From Ignavibacteriota bacterium (GTDB lineage Bacteria; Bacteroidota; Ignavibacteria; UBA10030; CAVZMI01), in contig CAVZMI010000038.1 of NCBI GenBank assembly GCA_963776275.1, positions 1 through 64,000 of the forward strand: a stretch of 64,000 nucleotides of DNA, read 5' to 3'. Under the pieces are notes generated by a model. It had not been told where the DNA came from, did no database searches, and saw only the letters and a list, made by a program, of their open reading frames with translations. Below are positions 21,326 through 31,921 of the stretch, one piece after another. The translations under genes and the position numbers were made by a program. The first letter of the stretch is position 1; the number at the start of each line of letters is the position of its first letter.

Positions 21326-21541
21326 ATGTCATGTAAATTTTTGGATTTAACTCGAAGGATACTCGCGTACGTCACATTTGGCGGAGGAGTTCTCAACATC
21401 CTATTCTGGACATTATACTTTACCAATATCATCACACTGAGCGAGGAAAACAGATCACTCGTCGATCGGTTCGAATCGGCTTTTCCGCTTGCCGATGCCG
21501 TCCTGGGAGTCCTCCTTCTCTTTGCCGGGATTCGGGTCTGA
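21326..21541 (+). pseudogene. Small membrane protein, apparently truncated
   Basis: GGAGG RBS; hydrophobic helices with FESAFPLAD; ends abruptly and runs into the degenerate regulator frame. Confidence 0.45.
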
Positions 21542-21599
21542 ACTTGTTGGTCCGCTGGACTCTATTCTGGCAAAACAGCATTGCCCTGGTAACCCAATA

Positions 21600-22238
21600 T
21601 TTTACAACATTAGAAATGTGCTTGGATTTGCTGAAGATGGTTATGTAGTACCTGTGTCTGATGGTGATGGTATCGGGGAAAAGAAACATCAATATGACAC
21701 CATAATTCTCGATATCATGCTGCCTTCGATGAATGGAATGGAAATTTGCAAGAAACTACGATCCGATGGAATTCAAACGCCTATTCTCATGCTGACGAGT
21801 AAAGGGACAGAGCTCGACAAAGTGATGGGTCTTGAAATCGGTGCTGACGATTATGTGACGAAGCCTTTCAGCGTACGTGAATTGATCGCACGCGTCAAGG
21901 CGTTATTGCGGCGTCAGGCAACCGTAGTCAGTGAATTGACGGAATACTTTTTTGATGATGTCCATCTCGATTTTGAAAAACAGGAAGCGCACAAAGGCAA
22001 AAAAGCGGTTGATTTTTCGGCGAAGGAATTCGAGCTTCTTAAATATTTCGTCGAGCGTGAGGGACAAGTCATCGCACGCGTGCGATTGTTGGATGATGTA
22101 TGGGGCTATGAAGCCACTCTGACAACCCGAACGGTCGACAATTACATTCTCTCGCTCCGCAAGAAACTCGAAGCAAATCCATCCAAGCCGAAGCACCTTT
22201 TGACTGTCCACACCGCCGGCTATAAGTTCATTCGATAG
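21600..22238 (+). pseudogene. OmpR/PhoB-family response regulator lacking a normal N-terminus
   Basis: IILDIMLP, GADDYVTKPF, TRTVDNYI, GYKF present; beta1 strand with acidic pair and a clear start codon absent. Confidence 0.7.
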
Positions 22239-22291
22239 TTGAAAGCCGTTAACTTTCGGTAGAAAAATTTCTTCGTCTTCTGTATCCTTTT

Positions 22292-22354
22292 ATCTGCCAT
22301 CTGTCGTCCGTAATCTTCATTCTTCGATCTTCGACCTTCAATCTCCAATCTCTC
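22292..22354 (+). repeat. Degenerate heptamer tandem repeat (ATCTTCN-like)
   Basis: atctgcc atctgtc gtccgta atcttca ttcttcg atcttcg accttca atctcca atctctc. Confidence 0.7.
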
Positions 22355-22355
22355 C

Positions 22356-22395
22356 TGACCAATCTTTTACGTTGCTTTGACAATTTCATGACAAC
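22356..22395 (+). promoter_or_regulatory. 11-bp-period direct repeats (OmpR/PhoB-type box)
   Basis: TGACCAA 22356, TTACGTT 22367, TGACAAT 22378, TGACAAC 22389. Confidence 0.55.
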
Positions 22396-22461
22396 TCTGT
22401 GCCCCGAAAGTCTGTAATTAGGAATGAACAGAATTCGGCAACATTCACAAGGATAAAAGTC

Positions 22462-22692
22462 ATGGAACAGAATCAAAAAGTACATGAAGACAATAGTGAC
22501 AATGTTTCACCACAATCTGTATCCGTTTTGCTTGGTACCTATCGTAGACTCATTGAATTCCGTTGCCGGGAAGAGCGTATTGGTAATCTCATCATTGGCA
22601 GTATGCCTTTAAAAGTTCTCAAGGCCGTTTTCGGTGAGATCGAAGTCGTAATCGATGAACTGCTGGGCGACACTGAGATTGTAGTGAGCTAA
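22462..22692 (+). CDS. Small hypothetical protein (76 aa)
   Basis: AAGGA RBS then MEQNQKVHED...; fills the gap between two operator sets. Confidence 0.45.
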   Translation: MEQNQKVHEDNSDNVSPQSVSVLLGTYRRLIEFRCREERIGNLIIGSMPLKVLKAVFGEIEVVIDELLGDTEIVVS

Positions 22693-22701
22693 ATGAGAGA
22701 A

Positions 22702-22741
22702 TGACAATATTTTTACAAATGCCAGACAGATTCATGGCAAT
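22702..22741 (+). promoter_or_regulatory. 11-bp-period direct repeats (OmpR/PhoB-type box)
   Basis: TGACAAT 22702, TTACAAA 22713, AGACAGA 22724, TGGCAAT 22735; TACAAT at 22760. Confidence 0.55.
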
Positions 22742-22807
22742 AGTTGTCTATCGGTAGAGTACAATGCACAAGGAATATCAATCAAACTATTTCAGAGGAG
22801 AAGAGCC

Positions 22808-24409
22808 ATGGAGATTAGCATGAGTATATCACAAATTCACTTGGATGAAAAACCCAATCATGTCGCGGAAATCCGGCCACACGATGTGTCCGCGCTGGTT
22901 GTCCCGCGACCCACGTTGAGCGAACGGCTGGCGTTTTTGTTCTTGACATTGTTCAACATTATAATTCAGGTCGCTTGCGTTCGGTATGAAACGTTTCTTT
23001 TTTTCTTTCAGACATTGCCGCCGTGGTTCCTCGAATGGGCTGGCAGGCTGCGCGCCCATGCGGCATTCTATCGGGCAGCACGGAACGTTCCGGCATATGC
23101 GAAATTCCTTACTGCGAATGACTGGCGTACCGGCGAACCGCCTGAAACCGACAAGGAATCCTATATCAAGCGTTACCCGACCGAAGAGCGATGTGTGGGC
23201 GGTGCGCTCCCAGAGTCACAAGTCGCGATCGACGAGTCATCGGGCAGCACAGGAACGCCCTACAATTGGGTACGCACGGCAAAGGAACGGCATCAGAGTC
23301 ACATTTTCATCAGCTACTTTGCCAAGTATTGCTACGGCACAGAGCCGTACGTTACGATTAATGCGTTCTCGATGGGGGCATGGGCCACGGGTGTCAACAT
23401 GGGAGTGGCAATGGGGCAAAACGGTATCGTCAAATGCACGGGTCCGGACATTGGAAAAATCCTGCACACGATGCGCTTCTTCGGTCCTCGTTATCGGTAT
23501 CTCATTGCTGGCTACCCTCCGTTCCTCAAGCACCTGCTCGATGCAGCCGAGGCAGAAGGTTTTTCATTCAACCAGTACGAGCTTCGAGCGCTGGTCGGCG
23601 GCGAAGGAATGTCGGAAGGATTACGCGATTATTTGCTGCGGCGTTTTAAGACGGTCTACAGCGGTTTCGGGGCGACTGACCTCGAGATCGGCATCGCGGG
23701 CGAGACGCCGCTCGCGGTGGCGATTCGAAGGATTTGCCGGGAACGTGCCGACGTACGCGAGAAACTCTTCGGAGCCGATTCGCGGCTGCCGATGCTCTTC
23801 CAATACAACCCACTGATGCACTACATCGAGGTTAATGACAACCGAGAGCTGGTGTTCACGATCTCGCGCGGCTCGTTGCTTTCTCCACGCATCCGCTACA
23901 ACGTGCACGACGAAGGCGGCGTGGCCCGTTTCGACGAGATGGCGAAGATGCTGGCTGAAGCAGGGGTGGACGTGGAAGCGCTCAAGAAGTCGGCCGGCAG
24001 CGGTGGCCTCCGCCTACCATTCATCTGGATCTACGGCCGGCGCGATTACACGATCTCTGTGATGGGAGCAAACATCTATCCCGAAGACCTCGAACAATGT
24101 CTCTATGCCGAACCTGAGCTTGCGAAAATCACTCACTCGTTCTGTCTCTCGCTCGCTGAGGGTGACGACGCATCGGTTCGCCCGCGGTTTGTCTTTGAAG
24201 TAGACGCGGAACCAACCGAGGAACTGCAGGCGACCTTCCGGGACACGATGCTGCGTCGCCTGGTTGCACTCAACGCCGACTTCCGCGAGGCGTGGCGAGA
24301 ATATCCCGAGACACTCGTTCCCGAAATTCAATTGTACCGAGTCGGCGAAGGTCGGTTTGCCGGCGACAAGGGAAAGATCAAGCAAACTCGTTTTCTCAAA
24401 GTTGCATAA
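22808..24409 (+). CDS. Phenylacetate-CoA ligase/F390 synthetase-like adenylate-forming enzyme
   Basis: ESSGSTGTP P-loop, GYPPFLK, GGEG, FGATD, PRIRYNVHD, YGRRD..GANIYP; GAGGAG RBS. Confidence 0.82.
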   Translation: MEISMSISQIHLDEKPNHVAEIRPHDVSALVVPRPTLSERLAFLFLTLFNIIIQVACVRYETFLFFFQTLPPWFLEWAGRLRAHAAFYRAARNVPAYAKFLTANDWRTGEPPETDKESYIKRYPTEERCVGGALPESQVAIDESSGSTGTPYNWVRTAKERHQSHIFISYFAKYCYGTEPYVTINAFSMGAWATGVNMGVAMGQNGIVKCTGPDIGKILHTMRFFGPRYRYLIAGYPPFLKHLLDAAEAEGFSFNQYELRALVGGEGMSEGLRDYLLRRFKTVYSGFGATDLEIGIAGETPLAVAIRRICRERADVREKLFGADSRLPMLFQYNPLMHYIEVNDNRELVFTISRGSLLSPRIRYNVHDEGGVARFDEMAKMLAEAGVDVEALKKSAGSGGLRLPFIWIYGRRDYTISVMGANIYPEDLEQCLYAEPELAKITHSFCLSLAEGDDASVRPRFVFEVDAEPTEELQATFRDTMLRRLVALNADFREAWREYPETLVPEIQLYRVGEGRFAGDKGKIKQTRFLKVA

Positions 24410-24427
24410 CCCGAAAGGATTAATCCA

Positions 24428-26666
24428 ATGCGTAGACTGGTGCAGTTCGTTCTTCGTCGGCCGCTCGTGGTCATCATCATCTGGGCGGCCCTTCTTGCAG
24501 CTGTGGCGCCATTTGCGTCGCGACTTTCAGGAGTACTTCGTGGAAGCACCGATGCTGTCCCCGGTAGTCCCTCAGAATTGGTCGCACGGGATGTCAATCG
24601 GGCGTTCGGCGATGGATCGGCATTTGTGTTTCCTGCCGTGCTTGTTTCGAACGATGTTGCAGTATCCGACCCCCGATTTTCCGTTGCAGCGGCAAGGCTC
24701 GAGCGTGCGCTCGATTCCGCCGGAATGCACAGTGTGAAACATTTCTGGAACACAGGCGACACTCGTCTTGTCGGACGCGACGGTCATTCGGCACTCCTTC
24801 TCGTGACGCCACCGGCGGAAACATTTTTCGATGCGGAAACGAACGTCAGCCGGATCCGTTCAGTCGCTGCAGGCGCGGGGTTGGACAACAAGTTTGATGT
24901 GAAGCTGACCGGTATGGTCTCCATGTTTCACGACCTCGATGTCAATTCATCGGACGATTTATTGAATGCAGAACGTCTTGGCATTCCGCTCACCCTTGTC
25001 ATTCTCTTTATTGTATTCGGTGCACCCATCGCTGCGGGCCTGCCGTTGTTGCTATCTCTCGGCGCTACGGCGGTGACGCTCGCCATGCTGTATGCGCTCA
25101 GTGCATTCATGCCGGTCAGCGTGTTCGCGGAAAACGCGGTGACGATGGTCGGTCTTGGAGTAGGCGTCGACTATGCGCTTTTTCTTGTGAACCGTTGCCG
25201 CCAGGAACTCGCGCGGGCAGTGCCGTTCCGAGACGCTGTGGAGATTGCGTCTGTGGAAGCGGGCCATGTTGTGATTGTGTCCGGCCTGGCGGTTTGCATC
25301 GGATTCCTTGCGCTGTTCATGGTAAACATCCGATTTCTGCACACGCTCGCAATTGGCGGAGTCACCGTGGTGGTCACTGCGGTGTTCGCGACGCTCACGT
25401 TGCTTCCGGCTGTACTGCTGTTGATTGGCGAGCGGGTGAACTGGCCCCGCCGTCCCAAACTTGAAACGCGAACCGAGAACATTTGGTCGCGATGGGCGCA
25501 CACGGCGATGGCAAGGCCGATGCGTTATCTCCTCCCGACGCTCGTCGTGATTGCCGCGCTGATTGTCCCGGTTCGCCGGCTTGCGCCGTGGAACATGGGT
25601 GCTCGCGATCTTTCGCCGGGCATGGAAGCACGGCAAGGATATGAACTTCTGGAGCGCAATTTTTCGGCAGGGTGGATGGGACCGATCGGGATTTTTGTCA
25701 CCTGCCGTGAAGGAGAGACACTCTGGTCCCCCGATCACGAGACGGCGATCATGTCCCTTAGTACACGGCTCGCACTTGACCCACGCGTCGCAACAATCGG
25801 AGGTTTTCCATCACTGCTGGCTCTTCTCGGGACCGGCGCGTACGACCATCCACGCGAGTTCAGACCTCCAGCCGCTATTTCGGCAGGAAGCGGCAAACGT
25901 GTTGTCGTCCGACGGCCGCACCGCACTCGTTGTGGTTGTTCCACACTCGGCGCCGGAGACGAAGGAAGTAATGGCGATGGTCTATGAGCTTCGTTCATCA
26001 TCGTGGACGGAAGCTCGCAATGCAGGACTCGAGGTCCGCATCGGCGGCTTCAGCGCGAGCATCCTCGATTTCGATGACGAACTGTTCGGGAGTCTTACAC
26101 GGGTCGTTCCGGTAGTACTGGTCATCACGTTTCTGGTGCTTGCGTTCGTGTTCCGCTCAGTCGCTATTCCTCTCAAGGCAATCGCGATGAACCTGATCTC
26201 TGTGCTCGCGTCGTATGGGTTTCTGGTGTATCTGTTTCAGGATGGCATCGGCGCTGGCCTGATCGGACTGGATCCGCCGGGAGGTCTCAATTCGTTTATC
26301 GTCCTGATACTCTTTACAATATTGTTTGGTTTGTCGATGGATTACGAGGTGTTCCTGTTGAGCCACATCCGTGAGGAGTACGAGCGCACCGGCGACAACC
26401 GTGAGGCGGTTGCAAACGGATTGGCGCGAACCGGCGGACTTATTACGAGTGCTGCCCTCATCATGGTTGTGTTGTTCGGGTCGTTCGGATTCACGCGGCT
26501 CACTGCGACGCGCGAGTTCGGGCTCGGACTTGCATTTGCGGTTGCTCTTGACGCGACGCTCATCCGTGTCGTGCTTGTACCGATTTTCATGAGTCTGATG
26601 GGGCGAGCAAACTGGTGGTTCCCATCGTGGTTGCATGTGGGAAAGACAAAACAAGCGACGGCATAA
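24428..26666 (+). CDS. MMPL/RND-family transporter, frameshift near 25830
   Basis: GLGVGVDYALFLVNR..E in first half; FGLSMDYEVFLLS.IRE, TGGLITSAALIM, LDATLIR in second; removing one G joins the frames. Confidence 0.9.
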
Positions 26667-26760
26667 AGATCGATTAAAACTGCGACCGATGAGAAGAAAG
26701 CGTCGGTTGGGATGATGCGTCTACAGCCAGAAAAATCATGTTTCGACGATGAAGTGATCA

Positions 26761-26799
26761 TGACAATGTATTGACTCTTGCGTTTTCCTTTCGTACTAT
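26761..26799 (+). promoter_or_regulatory. Sigma70-like promoter with upstream TGACAAT half-site
   Basis: TTGACT(26771)-17 bp-TACTAT(26794); TGACAAT 11 bp upstream of TGACTCT. Confidence 0.5.
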
Positions 26800-26851
26800 G
26801 CTTTTACTATGTTCATCAGACTCCCCTTTTCACTGATTGTGAGGCGGTGTC

Positions 26852-29371
26852 ATGGAACGTGAATTTAATCTTCCCTCTATACTCCGTAAGCTGCGCTCAA
26901 CGCTGTCGGGACGCCAGCCGGCCTGGGTCTGGTCGATCGTTGTCTTTGATATTATCCTTCTCGGATTATGTTTTATCCATCTTCCTTCTTTTTTAAACCG
27001 GGCTCAGCCGCCGTTCGATGCAGGGTTCCGAAATAATCGCGTCACCGTTCGTAGTATTCTCAACGTCCGCTCTGCTGCGGATTTACATAAAGGAGATATT
27101 CTTCTTGAGTGGGACGGATTTCCGGTTACAATGCTGGGCGCTATCGAATTCATGAGCGACCTTTCGTCGGTCGGCAAGGACGTTCAATTTACTATTGAAC
27201 GGGAAGGTCAGGTTCGTGAAGTAACAGCCCGCATGATTCCCGCCGTTATACCGGTCAGGTTTGTTGCGATTACATTTTTCATGGGGTGCACAATCTGGTT
27301 GATCGGCATTTTCGTGCTTCTGAGTCGCCCTTACGACCGCACCGGAAGAGTCATTCATTGGGGTTTGATAGCGTTCGCAGTGAATGCGATGATCACCTTG
27401 GGAAAAGCCGACTCCGCTGCGTTGGAGACAATACTCTCACGCATTACTTTTTTTGTTTCATATCCGGCCTGCATATCGTTTTTCTTGTTATTTACGACAC
27501 TCTACCCGACGCCCAAGCCGGGTTCGTTTACAGTCAAAGCTCTGCTGACCTTTACACCGGCGGTAGCGGTCACCGCCCTCATGACAATTTTTCATCTCCG
27601 AGCTCTTCGTACTATGTCGATTATAGACTACAGCAATTTCCAGACATCATTTGATATTTTCCATATCATTCTTATTCTTTACGCCGTACTCGGCATCATT
27701 AATATTGTTCTTTCGTACCGGCATGCGAAGACTACTGAAGAATGTTCCCGCCTCAAGTGGATCATCTGGGGATTCTCCGTCGGCCTGCTCCCGTTTATTG
27801 TGCTGTGCGTTCTCCCCCAGCTTTTTGGAGAGAGCCAGATCATATCCGAAGAGTATGCCACAATATTTTTCCTCGCTATTCCTTTCTCGTTTGCGATCTC
27901 GTTCATCCGGTATCGGATGCTCGATATCGACTTTATCATCAACCGCACGGTCATGTACGCCATCTTCAGCACGTTTATCATTATCGTCGCGTTTTTGATC
28001 GCTCTTCTTCTTGTGTCACTCGTACAGAGTAAAGAGGACTTCGGAGTGTATGTGCTCGTCGTGCTCATTACATTCATTGTTGCACTCTTCGCTGCTCCGC
28101 TACGGAAGGCAATTCAGCACCTGATGGATCAGCGATTTTTTGCAGCGAGAGCGTCGTTCCGGAGTGCACTCCTATCGATTACGGAGGAAATCAGAAATTC
28201 TCTGACAAGCAGTATTCTGTATCAGCGTCTGATAACGAGACTCCCGGAAGTTATTCCTGCGGAAGGCATTGCAGTGTATCGTTATCATAATGGCGGTCTT
28301 CTCTTCCAGATCTCAAAAGGGGAGATCCGGACCAGACGGTTTGATCTAAGCAATGAAGAGGCACGATATCTTGCTGCAAAGCCGTGTATAATGGATTATG
28401 CCGGGGAATCTGAAGAAAAAAAATCCTGTGCACGGCTGCTACAGGCTCTCGGGTTTTCACTCTGCGGACCGCTGGCGACGGAATCGGGAGAACTCCTCGG
28501 TGTTGTATGCCTGAATCCGCGTACGCGCGGCGAGCGGTTCAGCGAGGAAGAAGTCGATCTCATTGTGGCCGTCTGTTCACAGGCATCCGAAGTGCTCGGC
28601 CGCCTGCTGCTGCAGGAACAGATCTTTCGGAAGGAACAGGAAAAGAAAGTCCTTCAGGAATTGAGCGATATGAAATCGTTTTTTGTCTCAAGCGTCTCGC
28701 ATGAACTGCGTAATCCGCTCACCTCCATCCGGCTTGGAGCCGAGGCGCTCCGGAGCGGGACGGTACGCAAACGGCGGAAACAGTCGGAATATCTTCGCAT
28801 CATCGAAGGCGAAAGCAACCGGCTTTCACGCCTGATCGGTAATGTACTGGATTTCTCAAAAATCGAGCGGGGCTCTAGGTCGTATACGTTCAAGCCCTTA
28901 CGTCTGGAAAGGGTTGTCCGGCAGGCCGCTGCAATGATGAAATATGAGGTCCGGAAAGAAAAGGGAACACTTAAGCTGCGGCTGCCGCGCACGCTTAATC
29001 CGATTGAAGGCGATGCCGATGCACTGCAGCAAGTATTGATCAATCTTATTTCCAACGCGTTGAAGTATTCTGTACCGCCGAAAGAAGTATCCATTACACT
29101 TACCGAAAAAGCGAATCAACTGACAATGATAGTAGCCGATAATGGTGTCGGTATTCCGGAATCGGCACAAACTAGCATCTTCGAGCCGTTTTATCAGGTT
29201 CGCGAAGGTAAAACCCGGGGAACGGGCGGAGCCGGACTCGGCCTTGCCATCGTTAGGCACATCGTCGATGCCCATCATGCAACCATCACTGTCGAGAGTG
29301 CTCCCGGCAAGGGGAGCAGATTCATTATTCTTTTTTCACGATTTGCCGGACACCAGAAGGGGAAACCATGA
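26852..29371 (+). CDS. Multi-TM sensor histidine kinase with PDZ-like and GAF-like domains
   Basis: LHKGDILLEWDG (PDZ), many TM helices, LLGVVCL..FSEEEVDL (GAF), SHELRNPL, NLISNALKY, DNGVGI, GAGLGL. Confidence 0.93.
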   Translation: MEREFNLPSILRKLRSTLSGRQPAWVWSIVVFDIILLGLCFIHLPSFLNRAQPPFDAGFRNNRVTVRSILNVRSAADLHKGDILLEWDGFPVTMLGAIEFMSDLSSVGKDVQFTIEREGQVREVTARMIPAVIPVRFVAITFFMGCTIWLIGIFVLLSRPYDRTGRVIHWGLIAFAVNAMITLGKADSAALETILSRITFFVSYPACISFFLLFTTLYPTPKPGSFTVKALLTFTPAVAVTALMTIFHLRALRTMSIIDYSNFQTSFDIFHIILILYAVLGIINIVLSYRHAKTTEECSRLKWIIWGFSVGLLPFIVLCVLPQLFGESQIISEEYATIFFLAIPFSFAISFIRYRMLDIDFIINRTVMYAIFSTFIIIVAFLIALLLVSLVQSKEDFGVYVLVVLITFIVALFAAPLRKAIQHLMDQRFFAARASFRSALLSITEEIRNSLTSSILYQRLITRLPEVIPAEGIAVYRYHNGGLLFQISKGEIRTRRFDLSNEEARYLAAKPCIMDYAGESEEKKSCARLLQALGFSLCGPLATESGELLGVVCLNPRTRGERFSEEEVDLIVAVCSQASEVLGRLLLQEQIFRKEQEKKVLQELSDMKSFFVSSVSHELRNPLTSIRLGAEALRSGTVRKRRKQSEYLRIIEGESNRLSRLIGNVLDFSKIERGSRSYTFKPLRLERVVRQAAAMMKYEVRKEKGTLKLRLPRTLNPIEGDADALQQVLINLISNALKYSVPPKEVSITLTEKANQLTMIVADNGVGIPESAQTSIFEPFYQVREGKTRGTGGAGLGLAIVRHIVDAHHATITVESAPGKGSRFIILFSRFAGHQKGKP

Positions 29372-30048
29372 AACGCATCCTCATTGTTGAAGACGACGCA
29401 TCCATCCTGCGGCTGCTTATTGATACCTTAAAAACAGAGCGGTTCGACATCACGACCGCTTCGGACGGCGAAGCAGGATATAAAATCGCACGGCAGAAGA
29501 AGTTCGATCTGATCATTCTCAACGTCATGCTTCCTTCAATGGATGGGTTTGAGATTTGCAAGAATCTCCGGAACAACAACATCGCATCTCCCATACTGAT
29601 GCTGACGGCAAAGGGAGAAGAGGTCGATAAAGTAATCGGACTCGAGATCGGGGCCGACGATTATATGACCAAGCCATTCGGTGTTCGTGAGCTTATCGCA
29701 CGTGTCCACGCGCTACTGCGCCGTCAGACGGAAATCCATTCGAAGATCGAGGAGACTACGATCGGCGATCTCTACGTGAATTTCAAGCAGCAGGAGGTCT
29801 GCAAAGGAAAGAAGACAATCTCGATGCGGGCAAAAGAATTCCAGCTTCTTCGGTATTTCGTCGAGCGGGAAGGGGAGGTGATTTCCAGGAGTCAGCTCCT
29901 CGACGATGTATGGGGGTATGAAGTTACTCCCACCACGCGTACGGTCGATAATTATATTCTCTCCATACGAAAAAAAATCGAGACGGATCCGGCTAATCCA
30001 AAACATCTTCTCACAATCCACACGGTGGGATATAAGTTTGTAAAGTAA
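29368..30048 (+). CDS. OmpR/PhoB-family response regulator, phospho-acceptor Asp replaced by Asn
   Basis: MKRILIVEDD, LIILNVMLP, GADDYMTKPF, winged-helix C-terminus; ATGA overlap with kinase. Confidence 0.93.
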   Translation: MKRILIVEDDASILRLLIDTLKTERFDITTASDGEAGYKIARQKKFDLIILNVMLPSMDGFEICKNLRNNNIASPILMLTAKGEEVDKVIGLEIGADDYMTKPFGVRELIARVHALLRRQTEIHSKIEETTIGDLYVNFKQQEVCKGKKTISMRAKEFQLLRYFVEREGEVISRSQLLDDVWGYEVTPTTRTVDNYILSIRKKIETDPANPKHLLTIHTVGYKFVK

Positions 30049-30156
30049 TGCTTTGTACGATAACTCCGCGTTATATCATTTGAGCGTTTGCAATAGAAGT
30101 TTTTTTTTCTACATTTCGTAGAGGAATTACCATATCAATTGATGGGGAGTAATACC

Positions 30157-31047
30157 ATGCAAAAAAATATACCAGTCCTGACCGTCACCGGAACTACTCT
30201 GGCCGAGGCGTACGAAAAGGCACTTGTCGCACTTTATCAAAACGGTATCAGTATTCGAACACAGTATGACAAGCCGGGCGATCCTTTGAGTATTGATTCT
30301 ACCATGAACATAACAATTTTAGAACCCTTTAGTGATCCGATGATCCATCGGGCCTTTCCCGGTGGAATAGATGACTTGAAAGAATATGTGATGGAGCTGA
30401 TGGGATTGAAAGACCACTGGGTAAAGAATGTCAACGATCCGAAGGATACACGGTGGGAATATACGTATCATGGAAGACTTTCTGCCTATGGTGCATGGAG
30501 GGAACTTGTCGATGGAAAATCGCAACAGGCCGGTTTCTTTTCAATTAATCAAATAAACGCCGTGATCGAGAAGCTAAGTAAACAACCTTTTACCCGGCAA
30601 GCCCAGATGATAACCTGGATGCCGAATTTAGATATCGATTGTTTTGATCCGCCATGTTTACAATCCCTCTGGTACAGAATTATTGAAGATGAGGATGGCG
30701 TATGGTGGCTTAATTGCAATGTTCGATTCAGAAGCAATGATTCCTGGGGGGCGAGCTTTATGAACATGTTCGGTTTTATTAATTTCAATAAAAACGTCAT
30801 TGCGGCCGGCATTTCCGAAAAAACCGGCAAAAAAATAGAACTCGGCAGAATGAACTGGCATGCTGATTCGTATCACATATATGGAAAAGACATCGAGAAT
30901 GCCAAACAGCTGTTGTTTGATCGGATCGATTCAATGAAGTTCGAAGACCGGACATTCAATTTTCACGATGATTTCATCCAGGAAATGTACAACGATGCCG
31001 AGGCGGCTGTATTGGAAAAGATAAAAAATTACGACGAGACACTGTAG
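30157..31047 (+). CDS. thyA: Thymidylate synthase, archaeal-type
   Basis: YTYHGRL, TRQA, DPPCLQ catalytic Cys, FRSND..GA...N, SYHIY. Confidence 0.78.
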   Translation: MQKNIPVLTVTGTTLAEAYEKALVALYQNGISIRTQYDKPGDPLSIDSTMNITILEPFSDPMIHRAFPGGIDDLKEYVMELMGLKDHWVKNVNDPKDTRWEYTYHGRLSAYGAWRELVDGKSQQAGFFSINQINAVIEKLSKQPFTRQAQMITWMPNLDIDCFDPPCLQSLWYRIIEDEDGVWWLNCNVRFRSNDSWGASFMNMFGFINFNKNVIAAGISEKTGKKIELGRMNWHADSYHIYGKDIENAKQLLFDRIDSMKFEDRTFNFHDDFIQEMYNDAEAAVLEKIKNYDETL

Positions 31048-31246
31048 ATCGAATTTCCAATTCAACAAAATCGGCAACACGAATTTCGGTTCGACCGCTC
31101 GATGAGGTCTCGACAAACTCGACCCAAGACTCGCGGTAAACAGGCTTGCCCGGAGCGTGCCGAGGGGCTCACCGCAAGCCAATTCGACCGTTCATGGAGG
31201 TCGAAATGACCCGTGGTGAGCAGGGCCGAACCAAATTTCGACCAAC
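31044..31246 (+). repeat. REP cluster upstream of RAYT with nested hairpin insertions
   Basis: GTAGATCGAATTTCCAATTC..., GGTCGAAATGA[CCCGTGGTGAGCAGGGCCGAACC]AAATTTCGACCAAC. Confidence 0.75.
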
Positions 31247-31285
31247 AACATAAGCAGATAGGTTTGTTTATTCCTTGATTGCATA

Positions 31286-31921
31286 ATGGAGAACAAAACA
31301 TTTTACCGTCGTCACCTTCCACATTATCAACCATCGGATGCGACATTCTTTGTGACGTTTCGATTGGCAGGATCACTGCCTGCGGAGGTGATCGAAAAAA
31401 TGCGTATTGATCGACAACTGACAAAACGAAGGATTGAAAACATTGGTAATAGGAAAAACCGATCAGACGAATGGCATGAGTTTAATAATGAATATTTTTC
31501 ACGTTTTGATGGATTACTCGATAGAGGTTCCCATGGCCCTCTCTGGCTTAGAGAACTGGAGATTGCATGCATTGTCCAGAATGCACTTCATTTCTATGAT
31601 AAAGACAGATACGATTTACTATGCTTTTGCATAATGCCAAACCATGTCCATGTGGTAATAGATGTAGGTCGAAATGAAATTTCGACCAACAACACATCAC
31701 TGTTACGTATTCTGCAATCAATAAAGAGACATACGGCACATAAAGCAAACATCGAACTTAATCGGCACGGTGCATTCTGGCAGCACGAAAGCTACGATCA
31801 TGTCGTACGCGATGATGCGGATTTATCACGGATAGTTGAATATGTAATTTATAATCCTGTTCAGGCAGGATTGGTTAAATCGTGGGAAGAATGGCCTTGG
31901 ACATATTTAAAACGCATGTAG
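31286..31921 (+). mobile_element. REP-associated tyrosine transposase (RAYT, HUH Y1)
   Basis: RRHLPH, FFVTFRL, IMPNHVH, FWQHESYDHVVR, YVIYNPVQAGL. Confidence 0.92.
31664..31690 (+). repeat. REP inside the RAYT coding sequence
   Basis: GTAGGTCGAAATGAAATTTCGACCAAC: GTAG tetranucleotide plus palindrome. Confidence 0.8.

Noticed and set aside
22986-23816. 276-aa alternate-frame ORF
   Set aside because: Arg/Ser-rich off-frame reading of the GC-rich ligase gene
30157-31047. ThyA-like gene as a DNA hypermodification/defence enzyme
   Set aside because: No kinase, glycosyltransferase or restriction partners nearby; Asn suggests ordinary dUMP use
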